In this document: positions 9,911-20,516 of the stretch, piece after piece
Layout of the letters: every line of letters begins with the position of its first letter
How positions within the stretch are numbered: position 1 is the first letter of the stretch
NCBI GenBank assembly: GCA_965248925.1
Contig: CBDFLE010000005.1
Coordinates: 864,001-928,000, forward strand
Length of the DNA stretch: 64,000 bases
From: Candidatus Multivoradales bacterium
GTDB taxonomy: Bacteria; Acidobacteriota; Thermoanaerobaculia; Multivoradales; J023
Direction: 5' to 3'
Notes under the pieces: model-generated
The model's input: the letters and a program-made list of their open reading frames with translations, nothing else
Told to the model about the DNA's origin: nothing
The model's database searches: none
Translations under genes and position numbers: made by a program

Positions 9911-10987
9911 TTAGGCTAAGAATTCGTCCAGCTCGCGCAGCACTTCGGCCACCGGGATATCCTCCACCATGCGTCCTTCACCGAGTCGTGCCGGTAGCAC
10001 CCAAACCAGCCCTTTCTCGGTAGCTTTCTTGTCGCGGGCCATCAACTCGACCAGCCGCGCCGACTGCAACCCTGGCAAGGGCGGCAGGTCCATGCGCCGC
10101 AGCAGAGTCCGCAAGCGATCGGCCTCGGCCGGCGGCAGGCCACGACGTTCCGCCAAGCGTAGGGCGAAGAGCATGCCCCAGGACACCGCATCGCCATGGC
10201 GAAGTTGCCGATAGCCGGTGGCGGCTTCGATCGCATGGGCCAGGGTGTGACCAAAATTGAGCAGTCGGCGTCGATCTCCTTCACCCAGATCGCTCTTGAC
10301 CACCGAGCACTTGGCGGCCACCGCCGCCGCCACCACCGAGGCTAGCCGCCGCGGCTCGCCGGTCAGGATGGATGGCAGATGATCTTCAACTTGGCGCAGC
10401 AGATCCAGGTCAAGAAGGAAGGCTATCTTTACCACTTCCGCCAAGCCCGCCCGCAGCTCCGCCGGGGGCAGGCTGGCTAGCCAACGGGTGTCGGCCACCA
10501 CCATGGCCGGGTGGTGAAACAGCCCAACCGTGTTCTTGCCGGCCGCTAGATCGACCCCGGTCTTGCCGCCGATGGAAGCATCTACCTGGGCCAGCAAGGT
10601 GGTTGGGAATTGGGCAAACTCGATGCCGCGCAGAAAGCAGCCGGCGACAAAACCACCCAGGTCGCCAACGCTACCGCCCCCTAGGCACAGCAGGCGACTG
10701 TCGCGCTTGCCTACCTCGAGCATCTCCTGCCACAGCCGCTCCGCCTCACTGATCTGCTTGGCAGCCTCGCCATCAGGAGCCTGCAGCACCACCGTGCGCG
10801 CCGCCAAGGGGCGTAGAACTTCGACGACAGGCCCCAGACAAGCCAACACCTGCGGCGACGACAGCAAGAAGAGAGTGCGGCCGCGCAGCCAGGCCGTCAA
10901 CTGCGGCAGGGCGGCTTCCAAGGCCCCGACACCGATGTAGATCTCCGTGCGGCCCACGGCATGGTCGAGCTGCTGGCGGTAGATCAT
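9911..10987 (-). CDS. aroB: 3-dehydroquinate synthase
   Basis: GGGSVGDLGGF, PTTLLAQVDASIGGKTG, LNFGHTLAHAIE, HGDAV. Confidence 0.95.
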   Translation of the reverse strand: MIYRQQLDHAVGRTEIYIGVGALEAALPQLTAWLRGRTLFLLSSPQVLACLGPVVEVLRPLAARTVVLQAPDGEAAKQISEAERLWQEMLEVGKRDSRLLCLGGGSVGDLGGFVAGCFLRGIEFAQFPTTLLAQVDASIGGKTGVDLAAGKNTVGLFHHPAMVVADTRWLASLPPAELRAGLAEVVKIAFLLDLDLLRQVEDHLPSILTGEPRRLASVVAAAVAAKCSVVKSDLGEGDRRRLLNFGHTLAHAIEAATGYRQLRHGDAVSWGMLFALRLAERRGLPPAEADRLRTLLRRMDLPPLPGLQSARLVELMARDKKATEKGLVWVLPARLGEGRMVEDIPVAEVLRELDEFLA

Positions 10988-12789
10988 CCGTCGCCCTTGT
11001 CGTCACCCTCATCATCACTCTCAGCTGCCGCGGCCGGCGGGTCGTGAACACCGATGTGCAGCTCTTCGAGCTGCTGCTGCTCCACCACCGACGGGGCCTC
11101 GGTCATCAAACAGTTCGCTGAGGTAGTCTTGGGGAAGAGGATGACGTCGCGAATCGACGGCACTCCGGCCATCAGCATGATGATCCGATCCAGTCCCAAG
11201 GCAATGCCGCCGTGCGGTGGCGCACCAAAGCGCAGCGCCTCGAGCAAGAAACCAAAGCGCGCCTCAGCCTCCTCAGCATCAATACCCAACAACTCGAAGA
11301 CCTGGCGCTGCACCGGCTGCTGATGAATTCGGATCGAGCCGCCACCGAGTTCGACACCATCCATCACCACATCGTAGGCCCGCGAGCGCACCTCCCCCGG
11401 AGCACTCGCCAGGAGGTCCAAGTCGTCCTCGTGGGGGCTGGTGAAGGGGTGGTGGAGAGCCGCCCAGCGCTGTTTCTCCTGGTCCCTAGCAAAGAGCGGG
11501 AACTCGGTCACCCAGAGGACGGCATGGCGGTCTTGAGGGATCAGATCGTAGTCGCGCGCTAGCTGCAAGCGCAGGCGCCCCAAGGCTTCTGCGGTGGAGC
11601 CGGCCGGACCGGCAGCTATCAGCGCCAAGTCTCCCTCCTCCAAGCCGAGCAGCGCCGCGGTGCTCTCCAGTTCGCTCTCGCTGAGCGCTTTTTTGACCTG
11701 GAAGATGAGTTCTCCCTGGCGCTTGCGCAGCGCCAGAACACCAGCCGCGCCAGCTTGACGAGCGAGCGCCGCCCAGCCATCGAGCTGTTTGCGGCTAGCG
11801 CTAGCAGCACCAGGAATGCGGAAGCCGCGCACCACTCCGCCACTCTCGACGGCACCACGAAAGCCGCGAAAACCGCTCTCGCCGAGTAGTTTCGAGAGCT
11901 CATGAATTTCGAGTCCAAAACGCAGATCCGGCCGATCGCTGCCAAACCGCGCCATCGCCTCGGCGTAGGTCATCCGCGGCAGAGGCCGCGGCAGATCGAT
12001 ATCGACCAGGGCAAACATGCGCCGCAGTAGGTCCTCGGTGAGAGTCATCACCTGGTCTTCGTCGACAAACGACAGCTCCAGATCGATCTGAGTGAACTCA
12101 GGCTGGCGATCGGCGCGCAAGTCCTCGTCGCGGAAACAGCGAGCGATCTGGTAGTAGCGCTCGAAGCCACTGACCATCAGCAGCTGCTTGAACAGCTGCG
12201 GTGACTGCGGCAAGGCATAGAAACGGCCGGCATGGACCCGGCTCGGCACCAGGTAATCGCGCGCGCCCTCTGGCGTTGACCGGGTCAGGATGGGTGTTTC
12301 GAGTTCGAGAAAACCAGCCTCGTGCAAGAAATTACGGGTCGCAAAAGTGGCTTGATCGCGGAGTAAGAAATTCTGCTGCAAAGAGCGGCGGCGCAGGTCG
12401 AGATAGCGATACTTCAATCGCAGTTCTTCGCCGACCTCTTCCTTGTCATCCAGTCCAAAAGGCGGCGTCGCTGAGCGCGAAAGCACCAAGGCGCGGTCGA
12501 CATCCACCTCGATGGTACCACTGGGCAACCGCGAATTGACATTTTCGGGATCACGCCGCACCACCTCCCCCTCGACTTCCACCACCCACTCGGGGCGCAC
12601 CACTTCGAGCACCTGGTGCGCCTGCTGGCGCTGATCTGGATGGATCACCACTTGCACCAAGCCGCTGCGATCGCGCAAATCCAGGAACAGCAGGCCACCG
12701 AGATCACGGCGACGATGGACCCAGGCTTGTAGTTTAACCCGCTGTCCGACAGCGGATTCATCGAGGGTACCAGCGTGGCTGCGTCGCAT
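10984..12789 (-). CDS. aspS: Aspartyl-tRNA synthetase
   Basis: OB anticodon domain, [48 protein letters not shown]. Confidence 0.97.
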   Translation of the reverse strand: MRRSHAGTLDESAVGQRVKLQAWVHRRRDLGGLLFLDLRDRSGLVQVVIHPDQRQQAHQVLEVVRPEWVVEVEGEVVRRDPENVNSRLPSGTIEVDVDRALVLSRSATPPFGLDDKEEVGEELRLKYRYLDLRRRSLQQNFLLRDQATFATRNFLHEAGFLELETPILTRSTPEGARDYLVPSRVHAGRFYALPQSPQLFKQLLMVSGFERYYQIARCFRDEDLRADRQPEFTQIDLELSFVDEDQVMTLTEDLLRRMFALVDIDLPRPLPRMTYAEAMARFGSDRPDLRFGLEIHELSKLLGESGFRGFRGAVESGGVVRGFRIPGAASASRKQLDGWAALARQAGAAGVLALRKRQGELIFQVKKALSESELESTAALLGLEEGDLALIAAGPAGSTAEALGRLRLQLARDYDLIPQDRHAVLWVTEFPLFARDQEKQRWAALHHPFTSPHEDDLDLLASAPGEVRSRAYDVVMDGVELGGGSIRIHQQPVQRQVFELLGIDAEEAEARFGFLLEALRFGAPPHGGIALGLDRIIMLMAGVPSIRDVILFPKTTSANCLMTEAPSVVEQQQLEELHIGVHDPPAAAAESDDEGDDKGDG

Positions 12790-12791
12790 GA

Positions 12792-13349
12792 CTATTCTCC
12801 GTTGTCAGGCAACAGCCGCTGTCGATCGGCGGCGGTCAACATTGCCAAGTATTCATCTTTAAGCGCCACGTAGCGATCGGCGATGGCAGAGATCTCAGCG
12901 CTTTCTGCTGGGCTCAACGGGCGCACTACCCGAGCGGGTACGCCCAGCGCCAGCTGGCCGGCGGAAATTCGCTGGCCCGGCGTCACCACGGCGCCAGCAC
13001 CCACCTGGGCACCGCGCTCGACCACCGCGCCATCGAGCACTCGCGCGCCAATGCCGATCAGCGCCCCGTCTTCGACCGTGCAACCATGCACCATCGCACT
13101 GTGACCGACCACCACGCCGCTGCCCAGAGTCAGCGGAAACCGCTGGTGAGTGACATGCAGCACGCTACCGTCTTGGATATTGGTGCGGGCACCGATGCGC
13201 ATCCAATTGACATCACCCCGCGCCGCGGTGTGAAACCAGAACGAGACATCGTCACCCACTTCAATATCGCCGGTGAGGTAGGCCGAGGGCGCCACCCAAA
13301 CACCTCTGCCGAGACGGGGCTCGACGCCGCGGTAAGGATAGATCGGCAT
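12792..13349 (-). CDS. Gamma carbonic anhydrase-like hexapeptide-repeat protein
   Basis: RGDVN, TNIQDGSVLH, VGHSAMVHGC, hexapeptide repeats. Confidence 0.92.
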   Translation of the reverse strand: MPIYPYRGVEPRLGRGVWVAPSAYLTGDIEVGDDVSFWFHTAARGDVNWMRIGARTNIQDGSVLHVTHQRFPLTLGSGVVVGHSAMVHGCTVEDGALIGIGARVLDGAVVERGAQVGAGAVVTPGQRISAGQLALGVPARVVRPLSPAESAEISAIADRYVALKDEYLAMLTAADRQRLLPDNGE

Positions 13350-13609
13350 TTGTGCTGGTCCAGTTCTCAGGTCAGCCTACACGAAGGACAGGCGGGAGCG
13401 CTCCGATCAGCCGTCTTGCCGCGGCGCGGCAGGCGACGGCCGAGGCTGCGGATGGTATCACTCAAGGGTCGCCCTCGGCGGCTCTCCTGCCCTCGCTGCC
13501 AGTTCGTCACTGAAACCACTGGCGGTCGAGATTCGTTACACTCTGCATCAACCGCGCAACCACCGCCAAGCACCGAACCGCCCTTCCCCCAGCAGCCCGA
13601 CACCAAGCA

Positions 13610-14341
13610 ATGACTCCAACCAGCGCTCAGCCCCCTACCGACGGGCCGTCGATCGACGTGGTTATTCCGGCCTACAACGAAGAACAGAGCCTGCCTCTGG
13701 TGCTGGCCGATATACCGCGGCCGCCGGTGCGCCGCATCGTAGTGGCCAACAACCGCTCCACCGACACCACTGCCGAGGTGGCCACGGCCGGCGGTGCCGA
13801 GGTCGTCGAGGCGCCGATTGCAGGCTATGGCAGCGCCTGCCTGGCCGCTCTTGCCCACTTGCGCGCCAGTGGTCCGCCGGAAATCGTCGTCTTTCTCGAT
13901 GGCGACTACTCCGACCACCCCGAAGAACTTCCTGATCTAGTGGCGCCGATCCTCTCTGGCCGCGCCGACGCGGTGATCGGCTCGCGCACCCTGGGGCAGC
14001 GCGAACGTGGCGCCTTGCTGCCCCAAGCCAGGATGGGCAATCTGGTCGCCTGCACGCTGATTCGCCTGCTGTATTCTCACCGCTACACTGATCTCGGCCC
14101 CTTTCGCGCCATCCGCTGGAGCGCCTTCGAGCGCTTGGCGATGCGCGACACCAATTTTGGTTGGACCGCCGAACTTCAAGTCAAAGCACTGCGCCACGAC
14201 ATGACCGTGGTCGAAGTGCCGGTGAGCTACCGCAAACGGGTCGGCGTCTCCAAGATCACCGGCACCCTCAAAGGCACCTTGCTGGCGGGTTATAAGATCC
14301 TGCTCACCGTCTTTCGCTACAGTTTCGGCAAATTGGAATAG
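13610..14341 (+). CDS. Glycosyltransferase family 2
   Basis: VVIPAYNEE, GYGSACL, FLDGDYSD, TDLGPFRAI. Confidence 0.92.
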   Translation: MTPTSAQPPTDGPSIDVVIPAYNEEQSLPLVLADIPRPPVRRIVVANNRSTDTTAEVATAGGAEVVEAPIAGYGSACLAALAHLRASGPPEIVVFLDGDYSDHPEELPDLVAPILSGRADAVIGSRTLGQRERGALLPQARMGNLVACTLIRLLYSHRYTDLGPFRAIRWSAFERLAMRDTNFGWTAELQVKALRHDMTVVEVPVSYRKRVGVSKITGTLKGTLLAGYKILLTVFRYSFGKLE

Positions 14342-14355
14342 GAAATCCGCCAGGC

Positions 14356-14787
14356 ATGACCGAAATCAGCGACCGCCCCGCCGCGATCACCATCGACGTC
14401 GAAGTGCGCTACGCCGAAACCGACAAGATGGGCATCGTCCACCACTCGGTCTATCTGGTGTGGTTCGAGCTGGCGCGCACCCGTCTGTGCATGCAGAGTG
14501 GCTTTCACTACGCCGATATCGAAGAGCAGGGCCACTTCCTGGTGGTCACCCGCACCGCATGCCGGATGCTTTCAGGCGCTCGCTACGGCGACACCGTGCA
14601 GGTGACTTGCTGGCTGGAGAAAATGGCCAGCCGCGCCCTCTCCTTCGCCTACGCCGTCCACCGCGGCGAGCAGAAACTAGCTACCGGCCGCACCGGCCAC
14701 ATCTGGGTCGACCGCGCCAGCGGCCGCCCCTGCCGCACCCCGCCGCAGGTGCTGGAACCGTTCCGCAAGATGGCGGGTTTACCATGA
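14356..14787 (+). CDS. Acyl-CoA thioesterase (YbgC/4HBT family)
   Basis: VRYAETDKMGIVHHSVYLVWFELAR. Confidence 0.92.
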   Translation: MTEISDRPAAITIDVEVRYAETDKMGIVHHSVYLVWFELARTRLCMQSGFHYADIEEQGHFLVVTRTACRMLSGARYGDTVQVTCWLEKMASRALSFAYAVHRGEQKLATGRTGHIWVDRASGRPCRTPPQVLEPFRKMAGLP

Positions 14788-14823
14788 AAATCTAACACGT
14801 CGTGTTCAATTTTCATGGTAAAC
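14777..14823. repeat. 47-nt near-perfect palindrome between convergent genes
   Basis: GTTTACCATGAAAAT (14777-14791) / ATTTTCATGGTAAAC (14809-14823) with inner AACACG/CGTGTT. Confidence 0.85.
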
Positions 14824-14866
14824 GACCGCTGAGGCCCCGTCTTACCGCACCATGTCACTGTACTGA

Positions 14867-15745
14867 TCACAGCACCCACACCAGGCCGAAGACCATCAGC
14901 GACACCGCCGCGATCTTGCGCCGGCTGACCGTCTCGGCAAAGAGCAGGTGGCCGAAAACCAAGGCCAGGGCGCTGCCCAGACCGCGTTTGACGGTTTCGA
15001 CCAGACCTACCCAAACCTGCTGGATGGCGAAGAACTGCAAACCCAGCGCGACCACGCCGATCAACGCCGCCAGCACCATCCAAACCAACGCCGGGCGCAA
15101 GCTGGCGACCTCTCGCAGACGGCCACGGCGCCAGAGCAGCAAGGCCAGGCCCAGGGAAATTCCGACAGACAACACCAGCATGTGGACGGCTGAGCTGGTG
15201 TGGCGCAGCGCCAGTTTGTCGAATACTGGCGCGATCGACCACAAGAGCGCCACCAACACCATGTAGCGGCTTCCGGGCTCATCGGTCAACGCCCGCAGCA
15301 GGGCCGAGGGCGACAAGCCGAGTTCGGGACGGCTGTTGAGGAGTAAGGCCCCCAGCACCACCAACGAGATACCAAACCACTCACCCACCGCCGGCACCTC
15401 ACCGAGTAGAGGAATACCAAAGAGGGAACTGAATACCGGGGTCAGCGCCAGCAGCGGCAGGGTGGCGCTCATCGGAGACAGCCGTACCGACTGCATGTAG
15501 GCAACGCTAGCCACCAGATTGACGACGATCCCCAAGCCCCCGGGCAGCCAGTAACCAGGTTCGATCGCCCAGCTTGCCTCCACCCACGCCCAAACCAAGA
15601 TCAACGGCAACTGCACCAAGACCATTGCCAGAGTCACCGCGGTGGCCCGGCCATAGATCGCCAAACGCTTGCGCACGACATCGAGCAGCGACCAGCCCAA
15701 AGAGCAGAGAATCAGCACCACCAGGGTGAGCGAGCCTAACGACAT
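14867..15745 (-). CDS. EamA/DMT-family transporter
   Basis: About 10 hydrophobic helices in two repeats; LALTPVFSSLFG..LLGE motif. Confidence 0.88.
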   Translation of the reverse strand: MSLGSLTLVVLILCSLGWSLLDVVRKRLAIYGRATAVTLAMVLVQLPLILVWAWVEASWAIEPGYWLPGGLGIVVNLVASVAYMQSVRLSPMSATLPLLALTPVFSSLFGIPLLGEVPAVGEWFGISLVVLGALLLNSRPELGLSPSALLRALTDEPGSRYMVLVALLWSIAPVFDKLALRHTSSAVHMLVLSVGISLGLALLLWRRGRLREVASLRPALVWMVLAALIGVVALGLQFFAIQQVWVGLVETVKRGLGSALALVFGHLLFAETVSRRKIAAVSLMVFGLVWVL

Positions 15746-15902
15746 CTCGAAATCCAGTCTTTCACCGCGCCACTTTAGTCCCTACTTGCTAGTAATCCCA
15801 GACCTGAGCCGTGGTGTTCCGATAGACTTGGAGTGCCCCCCGAACCTCGCAGCGGGATTTCCACGCCAGGGATTCGTTCGCCGGCCGGGAGGCAAGAACA
15901 TC

Positions 15903-17663
15903 ATGCACTTGACCCCAGAACTGCTCGCCGATGTGCTGGCGCGCCAGCAGTTGATCAGCGCTGAGCAGCGCGAAGAGATCCTGCATCAGGCCAAGCTGCT
16001 GCCACGCCACCTGCGCTCGTCGAAGGCCTACAGCCAAAAATCGGTGGCCTACGAGCTGGTCACCAAGCTCGGCCTGACCAGTAGCAATGGCGACGGTCCT
16101 CTCGACGAACAGCAGATCGCGCGGGCGATCGCCACCGAGGCACAGCTGGGCTTTACCCGCATTGATCCGCTGGCGCTGGATGCCGACTTGATCGAGTCCC
16201 AGGTCTCACGCCCCTTCGCCCGCCGCCACCGCATGGTGCCGTTGGGGATTCGCGACAACGTCCTGCGGGTAGCCTGCGCCAACCCTTTCGACCTCGAGGC
16301 GCTCGATTCTTATCGCCGCATCGCCGGCCGCAAGATCGAGCTGGTGGTGGCCTCGGAACCGGAAATCCTCAAGGGACTGACTGAATTCTACGGCCTGCGC
16401 CAGTCGGTCAAGAAGGCGGAACGGGACCTCACCGGTGGCATCGACCTGGGCAATCTCGAACAGCTCGTGCGGATGAAAAACGAGGCCGAGATCGAGTCCA
16501 GCGACCAGCATGTGGTCAATGCTGTCGAGTACATGCTGCAACACGCCTACGACTCTCGCGCCTCGGACATTCACATCGAGCCCAAACGGCAGGGGTCGTT
16601 GGTGCGCTTCCGCATCGATGGGGTACTGCACGACATTCAAGAGATTCCCAAGGTCGTGCATCGGGCGGTGGTCAGCCGCATCAAGACCATGTCGCGACTC
16701 GACATCGCTGAAAAGCGGAAGCCGCAGGACGGTCGGGTGAAGACGCTGCGCGCCGGGCGCGAGATCGAACTACGGGTGTCTACCTTGCCGGTGGCATTCG
16801 GCGAAAAAGCGGTGCTGCGGATCTTCGACCCAGGTGTGCTGGTGCAGGACCTCACTGGCCTGGGCTTCTATCCTGAAGAACTCGACACCTTCTCGAAGTT
16901 CATTACCCGGCCGCACGGCATCGTGCTGGTCACCGGCCCTACCGGCTCGGGCAAAACCACGACCTTATATTCGGCGCTGCGCACCATCGCTACTCGCGAG
17001 CAGAACATCACCACCATCGAGGACCCCATCGAGCTGGTTTACGAGGGATTCAACCAAACCGCTGTCAACCCCAAGATCGGCATCACCTTCGGCAAAGCCC
17101 TGCGCCACATCTTGCGCCAGGATCCCGACATCATCATGGTTGGCGAGATCCGCGATCACGAAACGGCGCAGAATGCCATTCAAGCAGCCCTCACCGGCCA
17201 CCTGGTGTTCTCCACTTTGCACACCAACGACGCCGCCTCGTCGATCAGCCGCCTGGTCGATCTCGAGGTCGAGCCGTTTCTGATCTCTTCGACCTTGATC
17301 GGCACCATGGCCCAGCGACTGGTGCGACGGATCTGCAAACATTGTAAGGAAGAGCGACATCTGTCCGCTGAGGAAGCCGGCATGCTGCGCCTGTCGGTGC
17401 CGCAAGGCAAACAGCTCAAGGTGTTCGAGGGGGCAGGCTGCTTCGAATGCCGCCAGACGGGCTACCTCGGGCGTGCTGGCATTTTCGAGATCCTGGCTTT
17501 GGACGACAGAATCAAGGAGTTGGTGATCGACAGCGCCGACGCCGCCAAGATCAAGCGCGAAGCTGAGGCCTCGGGAATGCGCACTCTGCGCCAATCGGCC
17601 TTGCGCAAGCTGGCCGACGGGGTAACAACCTACGAGGAGGTGGTGCGGGTCACGGCGCTTTAG
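15903..17663 (+). CDS. GspE/PulE/PilB-family secretion ATPase
   Basis: ASDIHIEP, RIDGVL, GPTGSGKTTT, TIEDPIE, LRQDPDIIMVGEIRD, tetra-Cys (CKHC...CFEC); start moved to ATG 15903. Confidence 0.93.
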   Translation: MHLTPELLADVLARQQLISAEQREEILHQAKLLPRHLRSSKAYSQKSVAYELVTKLGLTSSNGDGPLDEQQIARAIATEAQLGFTRIDPLALDADLIESQVSRPFARRHRMVPLGIRDNVLRVACANPFDLEALDSYRRIAGRKIELVVASEPEILKGLTEFYGLRQSVKKAERDLTGGIDLGNLEQLVRMKNEAEIESSDQHVVNAVEYMLQHAYDSRASDIHIEPKRQGSLVRFRIDGVLHDIQEIPKVVHRAVVSRIKTMSRLDIAEKRKPQDGRVKTLRAGREIELRVSTLPVAFGEKAVLRIFDPGVLVQDLTGLGFYPEELDTFSKFITRPHGIVLVTGPTGSGKTTTLYSALRTIATREQNITTIEDPIELVYEGFNQTAVNPKIGITFGKALRHILRQDPDIIMVGEIRDHETAQNAIQAALTGHLVFSTLHTNDAASSISRLVDLEVEPFLISSTLIGTMAQRLVRRICKHCKEERHLSAEEAGMLRLSVPQGKQLKVFEGAGCFECRQTGYLGRAGIFEILALDDRIKELVIDSADAAKIKREAEASGMRTLRQSALRKLADGVTTYEEVVRVTAL

Positions 17664-17681
17664 CCGACCACTCTGCCGCCG

Positions 17682-19136
17682 ATGAGCGCCTACCTTCCCC
17701 ACCGTCGCCGCCTGCGCAGTTCGTTGGCCTGTCTCGACACCGCCGGCTTGCTGCTTGCAGCTTGGCTGGCCCTGATATTGCGCTTTCCGGCAGAAACTCA
17801 AGCGGCGAAACTAAGCGAGCTGCTGTCACGCCCTGGGCTGCTGGCCTGGGCAGTGGTCAGCGCCTGGTTGTTGGCAATTGCCTCGGAGATTTTTGAGCCG
17901 GAGGTCTTACACCGCCGTTTCGAGGTCTTGATTCGCGCCTTGGTCACTGTCCTCGCCTGGGCGGTGTTGCTGGTCTTGGCCACCTACCTGCGACCGGGAT
18001 GGGCCTATGGCCGCGGCCTGCTGGCGCTGACCGCTAGCGGCTGGCTGATCCAGATGGTGGCGACCCGCTGGCTATTCTCCGCCTGGCTGCGCAAGCGCGC
18101 CAAGTTCCCCGCCCTGGTGGTCGGCGAAGCAGTCGCGGTGCGACGCTTCTGCACCGAATTGATGGCGCGTCCTTCGGCCCCCTGGCTGCCGGTCGACGCG
18201 GCAAATCTGGAGTTCGCCGACCTGCAACGGGAGATCAACCGCCAAGCCGCTAGCCTAGTTGTGCTGGCACCGGGCGACGAGCATGCCTTGGAGATGGAGG
18301 CCAGCCTCTCGGCCTTGCATTTCTCCGGCGTGCCGGTGACCGCCGCTTCGGAGGTCTGGGCCTGGTTGGAGGAACGCCTGCCGCTCGAAGCGCTGACCCC
18401 GGCGTTTTTTCTCCACCAGCCGGGATTCGGCGCCGTGCATTGGGAGCTGTTCAATCGCGTCACCCGCATTCTCGACCTATTGTTGGCCAGCCTGCTAATG
18501 GTTGTATCGCTGCCGATTTTTGCGGTTGCCGCGCTACTGTTGTTAATCACCGACGGCCGGCCGGTGCTCTACCGTCAGCAGCGGGTGGGGCAGTTCGGCC
18601 GCCGTTTTACCTTGCTCAAGCTTCGCACCATGCGCACTGATGCCGAACGCCACGGCCCAGAATTCGCCAGCCGACGCGATCCGCGAACCACCGCCATCGG
18701 CAGTGTGCTGCGCCGCTTTCGCATCGATGAATTGCCGCAGCTCCTGAATGTGGTCAAGGGAGAGATGTCCTTGGTCGGCCCCCGCCCCGAACGTCCTGAG
18801 TTTATCGAGCAACTGAGCCACCAGATCCCGTACTACGCCTTCCGCCTCGCCGTCCCGCCGGGTCTCTCTGGCTGGGCACAGATCAACACCGCCTATGCTA
18901 GAGATCTTGAGGATCATCGCCGCAAGCTCGAGTTTGATCTCTATTTCATTCGCGAGCGCTCGCTGCGGCTCTACCTGCTGACCCTGCTGCGCACCATCAG
19001 CGCCGCCTTGACTGGCGGCCGCACCGGCATAGTGCTCGAACAACCCCCGCATCTCCGGCGGCGGGTCACGGCCACGGGTTTCACCGCGCCCGCCGCCACT
19101 ACCCGGCGCGCGAACGAAGTGGGGTTCGACGGCTGA
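17682..19136 (+). CDS. Polyprenyl glycosylphosphotransferase (WcaJ/WbaP-like priming sugar transferase)
   Basis: N-terminal TM helices; KLRTM, RIDELPQLLNV, GEMSLVGPRPERP, PGLSGWAQ. Confidence 0.92.
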   Translation: MSAYLPHRRRLRSSLACLDTAGLLLAAWLALILRFPAETQAAKLSELLSRPGLLAWAVVSAWLLAIASEIFEPEVLHRRFEVLIRALVTVLAWAVLLVLATYLRPGWAYGRGLLALTASGWLIQMVATRWLFSAWLRKRAKFPALVVGEAVAVRRFCTELMARPSAPWLPVDAANLEFADLQREINRQAASLVVLAPGDEHALEMEASLSALHFSGVPVTAASEVWAWLEERLPLEALTPAFFLHQPGFGAVHWELFNRVTRILDLLLASLLMVVSLPIFAVAALLLLITDGRPVLYRQQRVGQFGRRFTLLKLRTMRTDAERHGPEFASRRDPRTTAIGSVLRRFRIDELPQLLNVVKGEMSLVGPRPERPEFIEQLSHQIPYYAFRLAVPPGLSGWAQINTAYARDLEDHRRKLEFDLYFIRERSLRLYLLTLLRTISAALTGGRTGIVLEQPPHLRRRVTATGFTAPAATTRRANEVGFDG

Positions 19137-19244
19137 TCCGGACGTAGAGCAAATAGCCCTCATCGCCACCCGACAAGCCCCGCCAGACCTTCGTGGACCG
19201 CGTCCGGCTGGATAACCGCCGCCGCAGCTGACTCCTTCCTAGAT

Positions 19245-20516
19245 CACTGCTGTCCCGCTAACTTCACAAAAAAATAGGCTCAGAACCTCCCGGTATTGAT
19301 AGAATCAGTCAACGCTAAACAACTGATTCGAAGGGAGATCTGAACCTTAGCACACCATAGCACTGTCTTCGCCCAGCTGCTACAACTGATTTCGAGACAT
19401 GAATTCGAGGCCCTCGCAAAACGCCACCTCGCCGGTCGCCAGTTCCGCACTGCGAGCCGCTGGTCGCAGCTGGTGGCTCTGATGATGGCCCAGCTGTCCG
19501 GGCGTTCTAGCTTGCGCGACATCGTTGACAATCTGCGAGCGCAGCGTCATAAGCTCTACCATCTCGGCTGCCGAGTCCTGTCGCGATCTAACTTGGCACG
19601 GATCAACGAAGAGAAGCCTATCTCCTTTTTGAAGAGCTATTTGGGAGACTTCTGGGGCATGCTCAGGCAGTGGCGCCCAAGCATACGTTCCGGTTCAAGA
19701 ACCGCTTGTTCTCGCTTGACGCCTCGGTGATAGACCTTTGTCTGTCGATCTTCCCGTGGGCGAAGTTTCGTACGACCAAGGGAGCGATCAAGCTGCATGT
19801 GGGGTTGAATCACAGTGGCTACTTGCCTGCATTCGTTGCGATCTCGGATGGAAAAACAGGTGACATAGCGGGCTGCAAAAGCCTGGCGCTGCCACGAGGA
19901 AGCATCGTAGCTTGTGATCGTGGTTACAACAGCTACAGCTGGTTTCGTCAGCTGAGCGAGAAGGGTCTTTTCTTTGTGACTCGTCTGAAGCGCGGGGCCA
20001 AGTACCGCGTGACCGAGCGTCGAAAAGTCAATCGTTCCAAGGGTTTGATGAGCGACCAAACGATCGAGTGGACCGGTGTGAAGGCGTGTCGTGACTGTCC
20101 GATGCCTTTGCGGAGAGTAGGCTATCGCGACCCCGAGACCGGCAAGATCTACTATTTCTTGACGAACCTGTTCCGCCTGTCACCTCAGACCATTGCCGAG
20201 ATCTACCACGAACGTTGGCAAATTGAACTCTTCTTCAAGTGGATCAAGCAGAATCTGAAGATCAAGACTTTCGTCGGCACCAGCCGCAACGCCGTGCTGA
20301 CTCAGCTTTGGATTGCCATGTGCGTCTACCTCTTACTCGCTTTCATCAAGCACAAGCACCGTCTTTCCAGTAGTTTACAAGAGGCATTGCGCCTCCTTCA
20401 ATTGAACCTCTTTCAGCGCCGCGACCTCATGGCCCTCATGAGACGAGAGCCGCTGCGGATCCCAGGACTAGATGAAAGACAACTGGTAATCGTCGGAAGT
20501 TAACGGGACAGCAGTG
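19245..20516 (+). mobile_element. IS4-family insertion sequence
   Basis: 21-bp terminal IRs CACTGCTGTCCCGCTAACTTC (19245-19265) / GAAGTTAACGGGACAGCAGTG (20496-20516), 1 mismatch; no target duplication seen. Confidence 0.9.
19347..20503 (+). pseudogene. IS4-family transposase, frameshifted
   Basis: Frame reads (TTA)AHHSTVFAQLL... with no valid start codon; frameshift near 19617 joins ORF 19473-19730 to 19670-20503; DDE motifs LDASVI, DRGY, YHERWQIELFFKWIKQ. Confidence 0.85.

Noticed and set aside
13378-13512. 6S RNA or T-box call
   Set aside because: Only superficial resemblance; no T-box motif or convincing central bubble, so kept only as a low-score finding
19610-19635. Programmed frameshift in the IS4 transposase
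   Set aside because: IS4 transposases are normally single ORFs and the start codon also looks damaged; decay or sequence error is more likely
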